This document shows positions 26,307 to 26,438 of a DNA stretch of 26,438 nt, piece by piece. The notes beneath the pieces were generated by a model that had not been told where the DNA came from, ran no database searches, and was given only the letters and a program-made list of their open reading frames with translations. How positions within the stretch are numbered: the first letter of the stretch is position 1; each line of letters starts with the position of its first letter. The stretch lies in IMG/VR virus record IMGVR_UViG_3300030708_002090, positions 1 to 26,438 of that record. One strand, 5' to 3'. Origin of the DNA: a virus (lineage: Duplodnaviria > Caudoviricetes). The position numbers and the translations under genes are program-made.

Positions 26307-26438
26307 TTATTTACCTTGTCCACGATATGGTTTCTTTTTACCATTGCGAGAGGAAGCGGCCAACTTAGTGTTTACCGAGCGTCCTTGACGAGTTTTCTTC
26401 GGCGGTGCCTTTTGAAAATCGCTACCACTACCACTGAA
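26307..26438 (-). CDS. Small basic protein ending YRGQGK, 3' part (start beyond the right edge; absent from the ORF track)
   Basis: Manual translation gives ...FSGSGSDFQKAPPKKTRQGRSVNTKLAASSRNGKKKPYRGQGK*, open for 43 codons. The KKTRQG...YRGQG pattern recalls small marine-phage proteins. Confidence 0.8.
   Translation of the reverse strand, partial: FSGSGSDFQKAPPKKTRQGRSVNTKLAASSRNGKKKPYRGQGK
26308..26314 (-). promoter_or_regulatory. Putative late promoter core (GTAAATA) for the 227-aa gene
   Basis: TAAATA is formed by the GGT AAA TAA (G-K-stop) end of the upstream ORF, 22 nt before the ATG at 26285. Confidence 0.5.

Noticed and set aside
1-26438. CRISPR array, DGR template/variable repeats, tRNA or structured ncRNA, intrinsic terminators
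   Set aside because: Intergenic gaps are 31 nt or less. I noticed no near-identical DNA repeats, GC-rich hairpin plus U-tract, or reverse transcriptase by eye. A self dot-plot and Infernal scan would be needed to exclude them fully.

Overview
This window is a densely packed, all-minus-strand virion-structure cluster of a T4-like (Kyanoviridae-type) cyanomyophage. In transcription order (right to left) it holds a truncated small basic ORF ending YRGQGK, a 227-aa hypothetical, a 66-aa acidic hypothetical, gp25, gp6, a giant 4143-aa gp7-like wedge protein, gp8, a 2554-aa VrlC/DUF4815-like structural protein, three small ORFs (73, 60 and 129 aa) and the 5' part of neck gene gp13. Four TAAATA late-promoter cores sit 17-22 nt upstream of starts. 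I saw no RNA genes, CRISPR arrays or mobile elements. The most notable observations are a 60-aa ORF whose residue pattern resembles the phycobilisome-degradation adaptor NblA, embedded in the late structural cluster; a mixed-codon Pro6-Arg11 tract in the VrlC-like protein; and the modular expansion of gp7 (YHYH-like domain, His-rich micro-insert, several repeat families, GC shift). All family assignments are by-eye motif recognition, not database searches.
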